Below, in pieces: positions 26,272 to 36,138 of a DNA stretch of 61,319 bases. The translations under genes were made by a program, and so were the position numbers. Under the pieces are notes generated by a model that was not told where the DNA came from, did not search any database, and saw nothing but the letters and a program-made list of their open reading frames with translations. The DNA comes from an uncultured Pseudomonadales bacterium (GTDB taxonomy: Bacteria; Patescibacteriota; Microgenomatia; UBA1400; PJMF01). The stretch's first letter is position 1. The number at the start of each line of letters is the position of its first letter. The stretch is from the NCBI GenBank assembly GCA_964494905.1, contig CAZBTU010000003.1, forward strand, positions 1-61,319. The letters are read 5' to 3'.

Positions 26272-27393
26272 CTAACTATTTGGTTTTTGCAAGTCTTTTA
26301 CAGCCTCCTCAATATCTTCAGCCACAGAAACTTCAACAACTTTCTCATCAGCATCAGCTGGCTGTGCAGTCAGAGTTTCATTAGTTATGATGTCATCGCG
26401 TACAACTTTGTTACCGTAGAGCAGACCCCCATCTACTAGCCCCGGATCAGCTACTTGCTCTGATGTCAGGCCGCTTGCACCATTGCCACCTGATGAATCT
26501 ACTTGCTGTTGTGGTACTTGTTCTTCTACTGGAGCAGCTGGAGCTGCTGCACCATCTTTACCATCACTTGCCTTTTTGTTGTCTTTTTTATCAGTTCCAG
26601 GTGTTTGCAACTCAGTAATAATCTCTGTCAACCGCGCATGAAGCGTTGCAAAAGTGCTCTGCCCAGCAACATGGTCGGCGTCTTTGTCGAATCTTGCCAC
26701 GAAGTCATAGTTCGAGGTGTCATCCAGTTCGTATCCAGTCACTGATTCATTGGTATTTGTTTGCTCTAACTCAAGAAAGAGAGTTTTAAAGAGGTCATGA
26801 TACTCGGCAGGAAACATCCTGGAGTACTCTCGCATGAGATTACTCACACCAGATAGGTATTTGCCAAGCTCAGCAACTGCCCTGTTAATCCCATCTGCTT
26901 CATGTGCTGCTTGCTTGAGCTGGTCTATCTGCAAACCCCCGGTCTCAGCAGATTGTGCGATGGCCGAAAGTCTAGAGATCAAGCCCCCTTCATAATTCCG
27001 GTACGAGGCGAGGTCTGCAAATCCCTGTGTGATAAGCAGTTTCATACGATCAACTAAAAGTGAATTTCTATCGACATTTGCGTCATCAGGCTGACTCTCA
27101 TTAATGGCATCATCCATCTCATGCAATTTTAGTCGTCTGTTGTGATGTTTTTCACCCGAGAACACAAAGTTTTCAGGTACATTTTTGCCTAATTCTGTCT
27201 GCCAATACCCATCAGCAAAGTTAAATGTCAGCTCTGCCTGTCGATTCAGTTCCTCTGGGGTTGGGACATGATTGTCAAGGTCCTTCTCAGCTGAAGCTTC
27301 ACCAAGGTCTTTGTTCAGCTCTTGTTCTGGAGTTTGTTGGGTTGGTGCTTGTTGCATAGTAGTTCTGTTATACCTGTAAGCTGAAAACTGCAC
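26272..27393 (-). CDS. Hypothetical protein (373 aa) with a low-complexity acidic/Ala-Pro-rich C-terminal part
   Basis: Long ORF 15 nt downstream of 27409-27807 on the same strand. No motif recognised. Confidence 0.55.
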   Translation of the reverse strand: MQFSAYRYNRTTMQQAPTQQTPEQELNKDLGEASAEKDLDNHVPTPEELNRQAELTFNFADGYWQTELGKNVPENFVFSGEKHHNRRLKLHEMDDAINESQPDDANVDRNSLLVDRMKLLITQGFADLASYRNYEGGLISRLSAIAQSAETGGLQIDQLKQAAHEADGINRAVAELGKYLSGVSNLMREYSRMFPAEYHDLFKTLFLELEQTNTNESVTGYELDDTSNYDFVARFDKDADHVAGQSTFATLHARLTEIITELQTPGTDKKDNKKASDGKDGAAAPAAPVEEQVPQQQVDSSGGNGASGLTSEQVADPGLVDGGLLYGNKVVRDDIITNETLTAQPADADEKVVEVSVAEDIEEAVKDLQKPNS

Positions 27394-27408
27394 AAGCGCA
27401 AGTCACAC

Positions 27409-27807
27409 TCATGGGTCAAACCAATCAAACAACTGAAGCAAAACTGCACGCTTCCCTGCCGGCTCGCTAATTGACATTAAGAGCTCTAGTATTTCCCCTG
27501 TAACCTTTCGATAGTTCTCCACTCCAGCAGCAGCAACTACTCGCTTTTGTGCAAACTTTGAAGGAGAGCAACCGCTTCCACGTGTGACATCAACAAACAT
27601 TACCTCATTTGTCGCTTGGTTTGTAACTAGAAAATCGGGTGTGGTCTTGGTCTTCTTTACCTCACCATTCTTATCTGCCACTGGCTCTTCACAACTTATG
27701 GAAGGGGAGAGCTGAACCATAAAACCTGCAAGCACAGCCTGAACTGAAAACTCTCTCTCAAACTTGTCTTGACCAAGTGGTTGTATTTGTTCTGTCCGAT
27801 TCGACAT
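27409..27807 (-). CDS. Small PD-(D/E)xK-like protein, distant paralog of 8838-9305
   Basis: DKFEREFSVQAVLAGFMVQ and TPDFLVTNQATNEVMFVDVTR parallel DRFERPKTLENAVGLAGEYLAQ and PPDFIVVKDVGDVYEVAAIVEVK. The third motif is DVT rather than ExK. Confidence 0.45.
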   Translation of the reverse strand: MSNRTEQIQPLGQDKFEREFSVQAVLAGFMVQLSPSISCEEPVADKNGEVKKTKTTPDFLVTNQATNEVMFVDVTRGSGCSPSKFAQKRVVAAAGVENYRKVTGEILELLMSISEPAGKRAVLLQLFDWFDP

Positions 27808-27829
27808 GTTTAGTTAAGATACTCCATCA

Positions 27830-28384
27830 TCAGAACTCGTTACCACGTTTTAGTTTCCGTATAGCCATTTGGGTAGCCGCAATAGTGGCACCATCGCTGA
27901 TCTCTCCTGCGTCTATCATCCGTAAAGCTTCGTCGTAAGTTACCCAACGCCGTTCGGCAATCACCTCACCGACCTCACTGTGATGGGTGTTTGTTTCAAG
28001 TGTCGGCGAATGTGCAATGAAGAAAGTGACCAGCTCAGTATTTAAGCTGTGAAGTGGATAGAACTTGCTGAGCTGTTCTACTGTCTCAACCTCTATTCCA
28101 GTTTCCTCTTTGAGTTCTCGTATCGCGGCCTGCTCGGCTGTCTCACCCTTGTCAATACCACCGCCAGGAATTTCCCAACTATAATCGTCAATTACGTACC
28201 TGTATTCACGACAGAGCAAGAGCTTATCATCGTGAACCACAACAACTGCAACTCCACTCTTGCGATCAACCCAAGCATATGCACCATTTGTGCCATCTGG
28301 AAAAACTATCTCGTCCTGATATAAAGTCAACCAGGCATCTGTATAAACAATGTTCCGTTTTCGCAACTTGTACATCGGCTTCAT
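27830..28384 (-). CDS. Nudix hydrolase (ADP-ribose pyrophosphatase-like)
   Basis: Nudix box GGGIDKGETAEQAAIRELKEETGI. Start taken at MKPMYKL (28384); the track ORF extends to 28441. Confidence 0.8.
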   Translation of the reverse strand: MKPMYKLRKRNIVYTDAWLTLYQDEIVFPDGTNGAYAWVDRKSGVAVVVVHDDKLLLCREYRYVIDDYSWEIPGGGIDKGETAEQAAIRELKEETGIEVETVEQLSKFYPLHSLNTELVTFFIAHSPTLETNTHHSEVGEVIAERRWVTYDEALRMIDAGEISDGATIAATQMAIRKLKRGNEF

Positions 28385-28458
28385 TATAAACAAACTGTAT
28401 AAATATAGTCTAGAGATAGCAATGTTTAAAATCTCAAACAATCAATCGATCAAAACAT

Positions 28459-31401
28459 CTACTTTTTAGTCTGTTGAAGGTATGTGAGAACTACATCATT
28501 AGCTTTTCCGGTGGTCTGTAGTTCTGGTAGGCGAGACTTATCACACATGACTATTTCCAAAAACTGCCCTGACAACTCGGACAATTGACTTCCCAATTGG
28601 TTAAGCTGTGCCACCGTAGTTCCTAGAACTTCGTCACGGATCTGTTGACGCAGGTCTTTGGTTAGCCCAATCATCTCCTGAACAAATGCCTTGTAACCTT
28701 TCGCATCGGGCAGCTGATATCGGTCAAGCTCGCCTATTGTACCAATGATTACTTTTTCTAAGTTGTTTTTATCTAGGGTGACTGTTCGTAAATACTCAGA
28801 CATGCCTTTAAACACACCAATCGTTTCTTTCACGCGAGGATCGCGATACGAGACAGCTGCGACAACACCGGAGACAAGTTCAAAACGAACATTCGCACCA
28901 TAAGCTCCGCCCTGTACCCTAACCTTATTCCAGAGATACTCAGTTCTTAATAACTGACTTACAACCAACGTCACACCTGATAGCACAGAGTGTTTAATTG
29001 GAAGTTTGGTTGCAACTCCAACAAAATTCACCGTACTTGGCATTACCAGTGCCTCAACTGTCAATTTGTTCTGTGGTGTGAGAATAACAGGTTTTGGTAC
29101 ATCAGAACTGGTTTGTTTGCCAATTGTTCGGAATAGCTGCCGAAGCTGCGCTAGAACGTCATTGGTATTTTCAGGCGAAACTGTGAGATTCCATTGACAG
29201 TTTCTTCCCAAGAAAGTCTCTTTTGCCGCCTGCTTCAGTTGCTCACCAACAGATGATTTAACGCTGTCTTTTTGTTGGCTAAGCTGTCTAAGTAACTCAA
29301 GTTGAGTGATGCCATTCCACTCCTCTGATAGCATTCCTGCCGAAGTAAGCCGACTGTTTAATCGATAGGAGACTAACTGATTTCCAATCTCGGTCAAGCT
29401 TGCCTCAAACTGTGCTTTTTCTTCAAGTATCAACTGCTGAAGTCGGCGTTCATTTGACCAGTTGGTTGCTGTCAGCAGTTCTATCAGCAGCTCGACCATC
29501 TGAGGAATTTGATGTGGCAGCGACTTGACGCGTATAACAAACTGCTGGATTGGCGCTGCTTTTCCTACCACTGTACCCGCAAACAAATGCGTCGAAATTC
29601 CACCAGTATGCGTGTCGATAGCAGTTTGCAGTGACTCTTCTGGGAAATGTTGCGTGCCCAGTTCTGTAAAAGCTGTACTCAAAAGTGGCATAAAAGAGCG
29701 GAGCTTCTCTGGCACTTCCGCGATACTCCAAGCGATATCCAGGTAAACTACTCCATTTGTATCCAGCTCATGCACGTATCCACTGACACCCTCTAGGTCC
29801 TGTTGTTGAGTAGGTATAACTGGTGTCTGAGAAGGAATATCACTGAGCGCGACCACAGGCAATGTTTGCAGTACTTCAGGTGAGTCAGGTGTCTCTTGAG
29901 CCAGCTTCAACTCGGCCGCCGTCTTTTCCAGCAAGCCGCGCTTGGCTGCCGAACAGCTACGAGTAAACTGTTTCAAGCGCTTTTGCTCTTCTCGTTCAAT
30001 TTTCTTGAGTAATTCTTTATCTGGTTTTACTAACACTTCTGAACCGTGAGTATTTTCCAAGAAATACAATTCCAACCATTGTTGTAGCTGGTTAGGCTCA
30101 GCCAATAAAGAACTGCGCAGGTCTGCCAATGGCTGCTCAAAGGATAAAATTGAGATGGGATCAGTCCCATAGACCCAACTGCGAAGTACTCTCAGTCCCA
30201 GACTCAGCCCCTGCGGAAAACTGCCACTATTGTTCTCTCTGAGGGAGAATTCCATTGTGTTTAAAGCAGCAACAATTGCCTCGTGTTCAAAACCATCAGC
30301 TTTGAGCTTCTCAAGTGTCTTGGTAATGAGTGCCCAAATTTTTTTCGCATGTACTGCCTTACAACCTCGCAAGCCAATGGAAAAAGTTTTTTGCCTTAAA
30401 TCAAGCTCCAATCCATCTCCTGCTAGATCCTCGCCTAAACCTGAGTCGATGAGTGCCTTCCTTAAAGGAGCCGTTGATGTACCAATTAACAAGTACTGAA
30501 GGGTGGAAAGTTTGAGCTGTGTCTCTAAGTCTGAGTCATCCGTCACTACCCAATTTCGAGTCACAAATGCTTGGTTGTTATCAACAGAATCGCTGGGATA
30601 TTTACCCAACAAACGATTCGTATTCATGAAGGGATTCTGAATGGGGACGGTAACCGGAGATTGGGTCGGTGATGAAAACTGGTCAAGATATTCAGCCAAC
30701 CTTCGAAGTCTCTCCTTTGGATCATCGTTACCAGCAAACCAAAATAATGCATTCGATGGATGATAGAACCGCCGATGGAATTCTACAAATTCTGAGTGTT
30801 GCAAGTCGACGATTGCTGATGGGATTCCACCCGAATCGAAGCGATAGATTGTTTCTGGAAACAGCGACTCCTGAGTAGATTGCCACAAGTTACGATCCGG
30901 AGCCATCTGAGCACCCTTCATCTCGTTAAACACAACACCTTTGTACTGGAAACCCTTGCCAGTAGGTGAGTAGTGCCAACCTTCTTGTAAAAAACTCTGT
31001 TCAGACAAAAGCGGGAAAAAAACAGCATCTAAGTAGACATCCAACAGGTTGTAGAAATCCTGCGTGTTTTGACTGGCAAATGGGTAGATTGTTTTATCCG
31101 GATAGGTAAATGCGTTCAGAAAGGTATTTAGAGAACTCTTCATCAGTTCAACAAACGGCTCCTTGACTGGATACTTACGAGAACCGTTGAGCACTGCGTG
31201 TTCAAGTATGTGAGCGACTCCAGTATTATCGTTCGGGAGTGTACGGAAAGCCACAGCAAAGGTTTTGTTGTCATCGGCATTAATTAGGGAAAGAACTTGG
31301 GCTTTAGTTTTTTCATGTTGCCATAGTTCTGCAACAGACCTCAACTCTGGCACTTCAACTTGCCTGAGCCGAACAAAACCATAGAGTTTACTCATATACA
31401 A
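28459..31401 (-). CDS. M16-family zinc metallopeptidase, PreP/M16C-like (980 aa)
   Basis: Inverted zinc motif HILEHAVLNGS (HxxEH). The size and four-domain length are typical of presequence-protease-like M16C enzymes. Confidence 0.8.
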   Translation of the reverse strand: MYMSKLYGFVRLRQVEVPELRSVAELWQHEKTKAQVLSLINADDNKTFAVAFRTLPNDNTGVAHILEHAVLNGSRKYPVKEPFVELMKSSLNTFLNAFTYPDKTIYPFASQNTQDFYNLLDVYLDAVFFPLLSEQSFLQEGWHYSPTGKGFQYKGVVFNEMKGAQMAPDRNLWQSTQESLFPETIYRFDSGGIPSAIVDLQHSEFVEFHRRFYHPSNALFWFAGNDDPKERLRRLAEYLDQFSSPTQSPVTVPIQNPFMNTNRLLGKYPSDSVDNNQAFVTRNWVVTDDSDLETQLKLSTLQYLLIGTSTAPLRKALIDSGLGEDLAGDGLELDLRQKTFSIGLRGCKAVHAKKIWALITKTLEKLKADGFEHEAIVAALNTMEFSLRENNSGSFPQGLSLGLRVLRSWVYGTDPISILSFEQPLADLRSSLLAEPNQLQQWLELYFLENTHGSEVLVKPDKELLKKIEREEQKRLKQFTRSCSAAKRGLLEKTAAELKLAQETPDSPEVLQTLPVVALSDIPSQTPVIPTQQQDLEGVSGYVHELDTNGVVYLDIAWSIAEVPEKLRSFMPLLSTAFTELGTQHFPEESLQTAIDTHTGGISTHLFAGTVVGKAAPIQQFVIRVKSLPHQIPQMVELLIELLTATNWSNERRLQQLILEEKAQFEASLTEIGNQLVSYRLNSRLTSAGMLSEEWNGITQLELLRQLSQQKDSVKSSVGEQLKQAAKETFLGRNCQWNLTVSPENTNDVLAQLRQLFRTIGKQTSSDVPKPVILTPQNKLTVEALVMPSTVNFVGVATKLPIKHSVLSGVTLVVSQLLRTEYLWNKVRVQGGAYGANVRFELVSGVVAAVSYRDPRVKETIGVFKGMSEYLRTVTLDKNNLEKVIIGTIGELDRYQLPDAKGYKAFVQEMIGLTKDLRQQIRDEVLGTTVAQLNQLGSQLSELSGQFLEIVMCDKSRLPELQTTGKANDVVLTYLQQTKK

Positions 31402-31464
31402 ATTCCCTATAGGTTCACTTGGAATAGTTAGAACCTCAACAGTGTCACATTACCTACACGTCTA

Positions 31465-32412
31465 TTATACGGTACCTTCAGCAATGCGTTGATTGGACAT
31501 GGCAAGTCGAAGCGCACCGTGCACTGGAGGATCAGTCGGGTACTGAGCCACTAAATTTTTATACTTCTTTGTAAGTTCTGTTAGTACTGTCTCTTTAATA
31601 AATGGTACAGATAGCACGGAACCGGCAAAGACGCACTCAAAAGTCATCTGTGAAAACCCTAATCGTTCTATAACTGTTGCGGCTTGATTGACCAACTCCA
31701 GGCAAGCATGTTCAAAAATCAGTTTTGCCCCAGAATCGCCAGATTGAACAGCCTCTGAGCAAACAGTTGATAGGCTTGCAATCTCATGCTTATTGAGGAG
31801 CGGATTATAAACCTGATCTTTTAACTCAGCGATACTAGCAATACCAAAATGCTGGCAAACCAGCTGCTCAAGCAAACTTTTTTCGCAGCGACCATCAAAA
31901 CTCTTCACTGCCTCTCTGAGCACCTGTCGTCCGATGTAATAGCCTGAGCCTTGATCAGTGAGCAAGTAATCCATTCCACTGGTCCTTGCGACCATGCCTG
32001 TTTCAGACTGACCAAAACAAATCGTGCCAGTTCCTGAAATAAGCACCATTCTATTTGCAGCAGTAGATCCATTTGCTAAAGCGATAATACAGTCATTTAC
32101 CAGCACCATTTCATCGATAGGGAGCGGAGCCAATGCTGACTTAAAAATGGAATACGCCATCGCGTGCTCCTTGGGAGTATCCATGCCAGCAAGTCCCATT
32201 ACCATTCGAGGAAACTGTTTGTCATCCGGAAGTTTCTCTGTGGCTTGTCTAATTGCTTCCAGTAAGTTAAAGCTTGCGGCCCCGACATTTGTCACGGTCA
32301 GGTTCGTTGGACCAGAGTTACCTCTCCCAATAATTTTTCCGTCCGCGTCCGCACATAATACATCCGTCTTTGTCCCACCACCATCGACTGCTAAATAGTA
32401 ACTCATGCTCAC
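31465..32412 (-). CDS. BadF/BadG/BcrA/BcrD-type ATPase (N-acetylglucosamine kinase-like sugar kinase)
   Basis: N-terminal YLAVDGGGTKTD phosphate-1 motif and ISGTGTI phosphate-2 motif of ASKHA sugar kinases. Confidence 0.7.
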   Translation of the reverse strand: MSMSYYLAVDGGGTKTDVLCADADGKIIGRGNSGPTNLTVTNVGAASFNLLEAIRQATEKLPDDKQFPRMVMGLAGMDTPKEHAMAYSIFKSALAPLPIDEMVLVNDCIIALANGSTAANRMVLISGTGTICFGQSETGMVARTSGMDYLLTDQGSGYYIGRQVLREAVKSFDGRCEKSLLEQLVCQHFGIASIAELKDQVYNPLLNKHEIASLSTVCSEAVQSGDSGAKLIFEHACLELVNQAATVIERLGFSQMTFECVFAGSVLSVPFIKETVLTELTKKYKNLVAQYPTDPPVHGALRLAMSNQRIAEGTV

Positions 32413-32479
32413 ATCTTGTCACTTCACCTACAGAGAGTCAATAACAAGGCTTGCACAAAGTACTTGACTTAACAATCTG

Positions 32480-34561
32480 TTACAACTCAGGAATTGTCTT
32501 GATCTGCAGATCTTTAACTTCGAAATCTTTCTTCCGCTGCAAGTACAGCAAAACAGTCTCGATATAGACGGCATGACTCCAAACAAGCGGTGTCGCCGAC
32601 AGTGATTCGCCAGAGTAGGGGTCGAGCTGCTCAGCCAAAACCCCAGAAGCATACATATGTTGAGTTACCCATTCAAAGACATGTTCGGCATATTGAAGAT
32701 TTTCTAAGTTCAACTCTGGAATACGCAGACGACGCTGAGCCTCCCACAAAGTTGTGATAAACCAAGGATTAGATAGATCAGTGGCTTTAAAATAGTTGTC
32801 CCTTTCGTATCTAATGTAGCCACCCACCTGCGTGGGATTTTTCAATCGACGCTCAACCTGTTGCAAAGTTTTTTGAAAAAGTGGGTCAGTTTGCTCAAAC
32901 ATGCCAAAATACCACATGCCAAAAAGCGAGCTTGCATCAACCGTTTCATCCTGAGTGATGACGGTTTTATCAACTGTCACGAACCGAACGAAACTATCAA
33001 GCTTCTGACTGAACAAGTGTTTGATTGCAGCTGCTTTGATTGCATCTGCTGCGGTCTTGTACTCTCGCATATGATTGCGCTTATCCAACAACTCTGAAAA
33101 GTGAGCCGCAGCCATAAGTCCGCCATACACCGCAGCACATGTGTAAGTGGAAACTCCAATTTTCTCTTCCCACAAATCATATGAAGGTAGAGGCAAACCC
33201 GTCTCAGTCTCTCGGAAGCTAATTAGGAATTTAGCAATTTTTTCGATAAATGGCTTGTATAGTTCTTCAATAAACTCAAGATCCTTCGATGATTGGTAGT
33301 GATTCCATAGAGCGAACAACACTGCAGCACTTTCATCTTCTTGGATGGGCAACTGCAAGATTTTATCTTTTAGCCACTCACTCTGCGAAGTGGTAGAGTG
33401 CCAGGTCGAACCCAAACTCTTATCCGAGCGAAACCGATGATGTAAGTACCCATCTGGGTGAAGTACCTCCTGGCAGAACTTAAAAAATGGCTTAGTGACG
33501 GTAGTAAACCCTGCCTTGTCAAGCGTGCTGACTATAAAGGCTGCATCACGCGGCCACATGTAAGAATAGTCATCTTTTCCGTACTCAATCATTTCACTGT
33601 CCGCAGAGGCAATGATGCTGCCTCTGTTATCAGTGTGGGAGCGCAAGATAAAGAGAGAGGTATCAAAAAGTTTTTTTTGTACGGGCGGAAGGGTGCCTGT
33701 ATCAATGTTGCGAGTGTTAAGCCAAGCGTTCCAATATGACTCTGTGGAGTGAATCATGGCCCCTGGAGTTTTGCGCATTACCACTTGATTGAGCTCATAC
33801 GCTTCCTCCAATGATCTCCCTGCACATATCCAGTAGAAAATACGGGTTTTTTCTCCTTTTTCACCTGAAGCACAAAAACGAACGACTGAATCAACAGAAC
33901 CGTGTTCAACAGCATTCTTCCCCAAGCTACCATCTTCTGCATCTCGGTATACACCTTCCTTGCCTTCATCCTGGTACGCCCCTATTGCAAAGTCATCAAT
34001 TGCGCTACCTGTTGCTGTTCTCCCATTCACAATGAATACACGCCTGCCTTTGTAATGAACAATTGCATTGTGTGTCGGATCATAAAAAGCGGTATTTCGC
34101 TTTTTGCTTTCACTAATCAAGAATACTTGGTGGAAAAAAATCTTCACATCAACGGGTTGCTGGCTGTGGTTGTAAATATCAGCTTGCCGAAGGAACACAT
34201 TGGTCTCGTTATAAACAATGTCCTCCATGACAACAGTGACTTGGAGTTTTTCACTTTTGCAAACCAGGTAGCCCACCATCGTTTCTGGTTTGTAACCAAT
34301 ATTAATTTTCCAACTGCCATCATCAATCCAAGAAAACTGCTGATTAACCATTATTCCTATGCGATGCTTATGACCAGAGACATGATTCTCCAATCCCACA
34401 TAGGGGTAATACAAGTCCCTGACAAAGCCGAACTTGTCTAGACAAACTAACATCGTTCCATTTCCGAGGGTAAGGGCACGCGACATACCCTTCATCTTAC
34501 CAAGGTTAGTGCTCAACAAACAATCATGAAATCGCTTATTGTCATTTGATATATTTAGCAA
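32480..34561 (-). CDS. Glycoside hydrolase family 15 (glucoamylase / glucodextranase-like)
   Basis: YMWPRDAAFIV and SYDLWEEKIGVSTYT are GH15 catalytic-region signatures. The real start is probably the Met at 34495 or 34486. Confidence 0.8.
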   Translation of the reverse strand: MLNISNDNKRFHDCLLSTNLGKMKGMSRALTLGNGTMLVCLDKFGFVRDLYYPYVGLENHVSGHKHRIGIMVNQQFSWIDDGSWKINIGYKPETMVGYLVCKSEKLQVTVVMEDIVYNETNVFLRQADIYNHSQQPVDVKIFFHQVFLISESKKRNTAFYDPTHNAIVHYKGRRVFIVNGRTATGSAIDDFAIGAYQDEGKEGVYRDAEDGSLGKNAVEHGSVDSVVRFCASGEKGEKTRIFYWICAGRSLEEAYELNQVVMRKTPGAMIHSTESYWNAWLNTRNIDTGTLPPVQKKLFDTSLFILRSHTDNRGSIIASADSEMIEYGKDDYSYMWPRDAAFIVSTLDKAGFTTVTKPFFKFCQEVLHPDGYLHHRFRSDKSLGSTWHSTTSQSEWLKDKILQLPIQEDESAAVLFALWNHYQSSKDLEFIEELYKPFIEKIAKFLISFRETETGLPLPSYDLWEEKIGVSTYTCAAVYGGLMAAAHFSELLDKRNHMREYKTAADAIKAAAIKHLFSQKLDSFVRFVTVDKTVITQDETVDASSLFGMWYFGMFEQTDPLFQKTLQQVERRLKNPTQVGGYIRYERDNYFKATDLSNPWFITTLWEAQRRLRIPELNLENLQYAEHVFEWVTQHMYASGVLAEQLDPYSGESLSATPLVWSHAVYIETVLLYLQRKKDFEVKDLQIKTIPEL

Positions 34562-34583
34562 TAGTAATATACTGCGCTGAAAT

Positions 34584-34949
34584 ATGAAGAATTCATTTCA
34601 AAAAGACGAAATTGATACACACTGCTTCGGCATAACACAACACCAACCTGATCTCAAGCCCCTCAGTGGAGAAGAGCTTAGACTTTTCTATAACGGTAAA
34701 CGACATAACCGGATAGGTGAGCCAACTGGGGCTGAGATCCGAGAAGTTAGACAGCTTTTTTTAGAATTTTTGAAAAAAATACCAGTAGAGGCTCAAAACA
34801 TGGAGTTTGTTTTGGCGCTCTTTACGCTACTCAGTTCACTTCTTACTTTAGCCGAGAGAGGTGGGGAAAAGTCAGCCATCTTCCAGCACATGAATGAAAC
34901 GCTTCGCGAACTCAGGCCATCCTCCCAACCAAATCAGCCAATACAATAG
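34584..34949 (+). CDS. Hypothetical protein (121 aa)
   Basis: ORF divergent from the GH15 gene. Its 3' end overlaps the GH57 gene by 38 nt. No motif recognised. Confidence 0.35.
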   Translation: MKNSFQKDEIDTHCFGITQHQPDLKPLSGEELRLFYNGKRHNRIGEPTGAEIREVRQLFLEFLKKIPVEAQNMEFVLALFTLLSSLLTLAERGGEKSAIFQHMNETLRELRPSSQPNQPIQ

Positions 34950-36111
34950 AAAACCGCCGGTACGCTTCTTGTGGAGAATCATACGGACTAAAGTACGCGT
35001 GCACATCTCCATCAGCTGACCACTTCGTGCACATATAGTAAAAATGATCACTAGTCTGAAGCCGTCGCCAATCATCCAGGAGTTGTTTGTTCTTGGATTT
35101 TAGAACTTCTGACTCAACAGAGTATATCAATCGCAGAGTATCTTGTTGGAAAGCATTTTCTCGCCACGCTGTTAAGTCTCTATCAACGTCTGCCCACGAA
35201 ATTGGCTCGGGCACGTTGTATTCAGGCAGTGAATTAGTATGTGAAATCTGTGAAAAAATATGATGAGGTGTCGTGAAACTGTTCCACTCCTTGTCTGAAA
35301 ATCTTTTTACAAACTCCGTGAAAAAATCAAAAATACCGGTGTCTTTCCATTGGTGCTCACCGAAAGTCTCAAAGTCCATGAACAAGTTGAGCACCTCTGT
35401 TTCTCCATAAACTTCAATCCATTCCAAGTACCGATCTACAGTCAGAGGATACCATTGCCAGTTTCGATCTGAGAAACGAAAAGCGACATCATCAGACAGT
35501 TGAGCGTGTTTGAGCAACAACGGCAAGGCGGGAGTGCCAGTACTTTTAAAAACGTTTGTTTTTGAATTCCCTCCGAGATAGCGATCAACAGCCTCAGTCA
35601 GCATCCCAAGAATTGGAAACGGAAGCGTGCTGACTTGTGCAGCTACATCATTTGAGTAGATCAGTTCAGTGTTGCGGAATACCTTGGGTTGCACTCCAAA
35701 CAATTGTTGCACCGCTTCATACTGCATTCGTACTTGTCGCTTAAACTCAGCCTGTGAGTATAAACTCGCTAGGGAGTGATAGTACGTCTCAGTTAAAAAC
35801 TCGACACGGCCTGATTGCGCCAACATCTGCAGCAATCGCAATACTTCTGGCTGGTACCGCTCAGCTTGTTCTAAAAATACACCAGAACAGGAGAGTGCAA
35901 AACAAAACCTTGGCTCCTCGTCAACCAACTTCAGCAACAAACGCAACATTGGCAAGTAAGACTTGGCCGCAACTTTGTGAAAAATGGTTCTGTTCTCATC
36001 TTGCTTTCCCTGTGCGAAGTATTGTGGTTTCGAGGCTCCAACCTCAAACAATGACACCTCACGCAATCGATCAGGCTGATGAAGTTGAAGATATATACAA
36101 ACCTGTGGCAT
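34912..36111 (-). CDS. Glycoside hydrolase family 57 (alpha-amylase / alpha-glucan processing)
   Basis: N-terminal CIYLQLHQPDRL (GH57 HQP region) and DFETFGEHQW. Confidence 0.7.
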   Translation of the reverse strand: MPQVCIYLQLHQPDRLREVSLFEVGASKPQYFAQGKQDENRTIFHKVAAKSYLPMLRLLLKLVDEEPRFCFALSCSGVFLEQAERYQPEVLRLLQMLAQSGRVEFLTETYYHSLASLYSQAEFKRQVRMQYEAVQQLFGVQPKVFRNTELIYSNDVAAQVSTLPFPILGMLTEAVDRYLGGNSKTNVFKSTGTPALPLLLKHAQLSDDVAFRFSDRNWQWYPLTVDRYLEWIEVYGETEVLNLFMDFETFGEHQWKDTGIFDFFTEFVKRFSDKEWNSFTTPHHIFSQISHTNSLPEYNVPEPISWADVDRDLTAWRENAFQQDTLRLIYSVESEVLKSKNKQLLDDWRRLQTSDHFYYMCTKWSADGDVHAYFSPYDSPQEAYRRFSIVLADLVGRMA

Positions 36112-36138
36112 AAATGTACCGGCCTAACAGATCATAGA

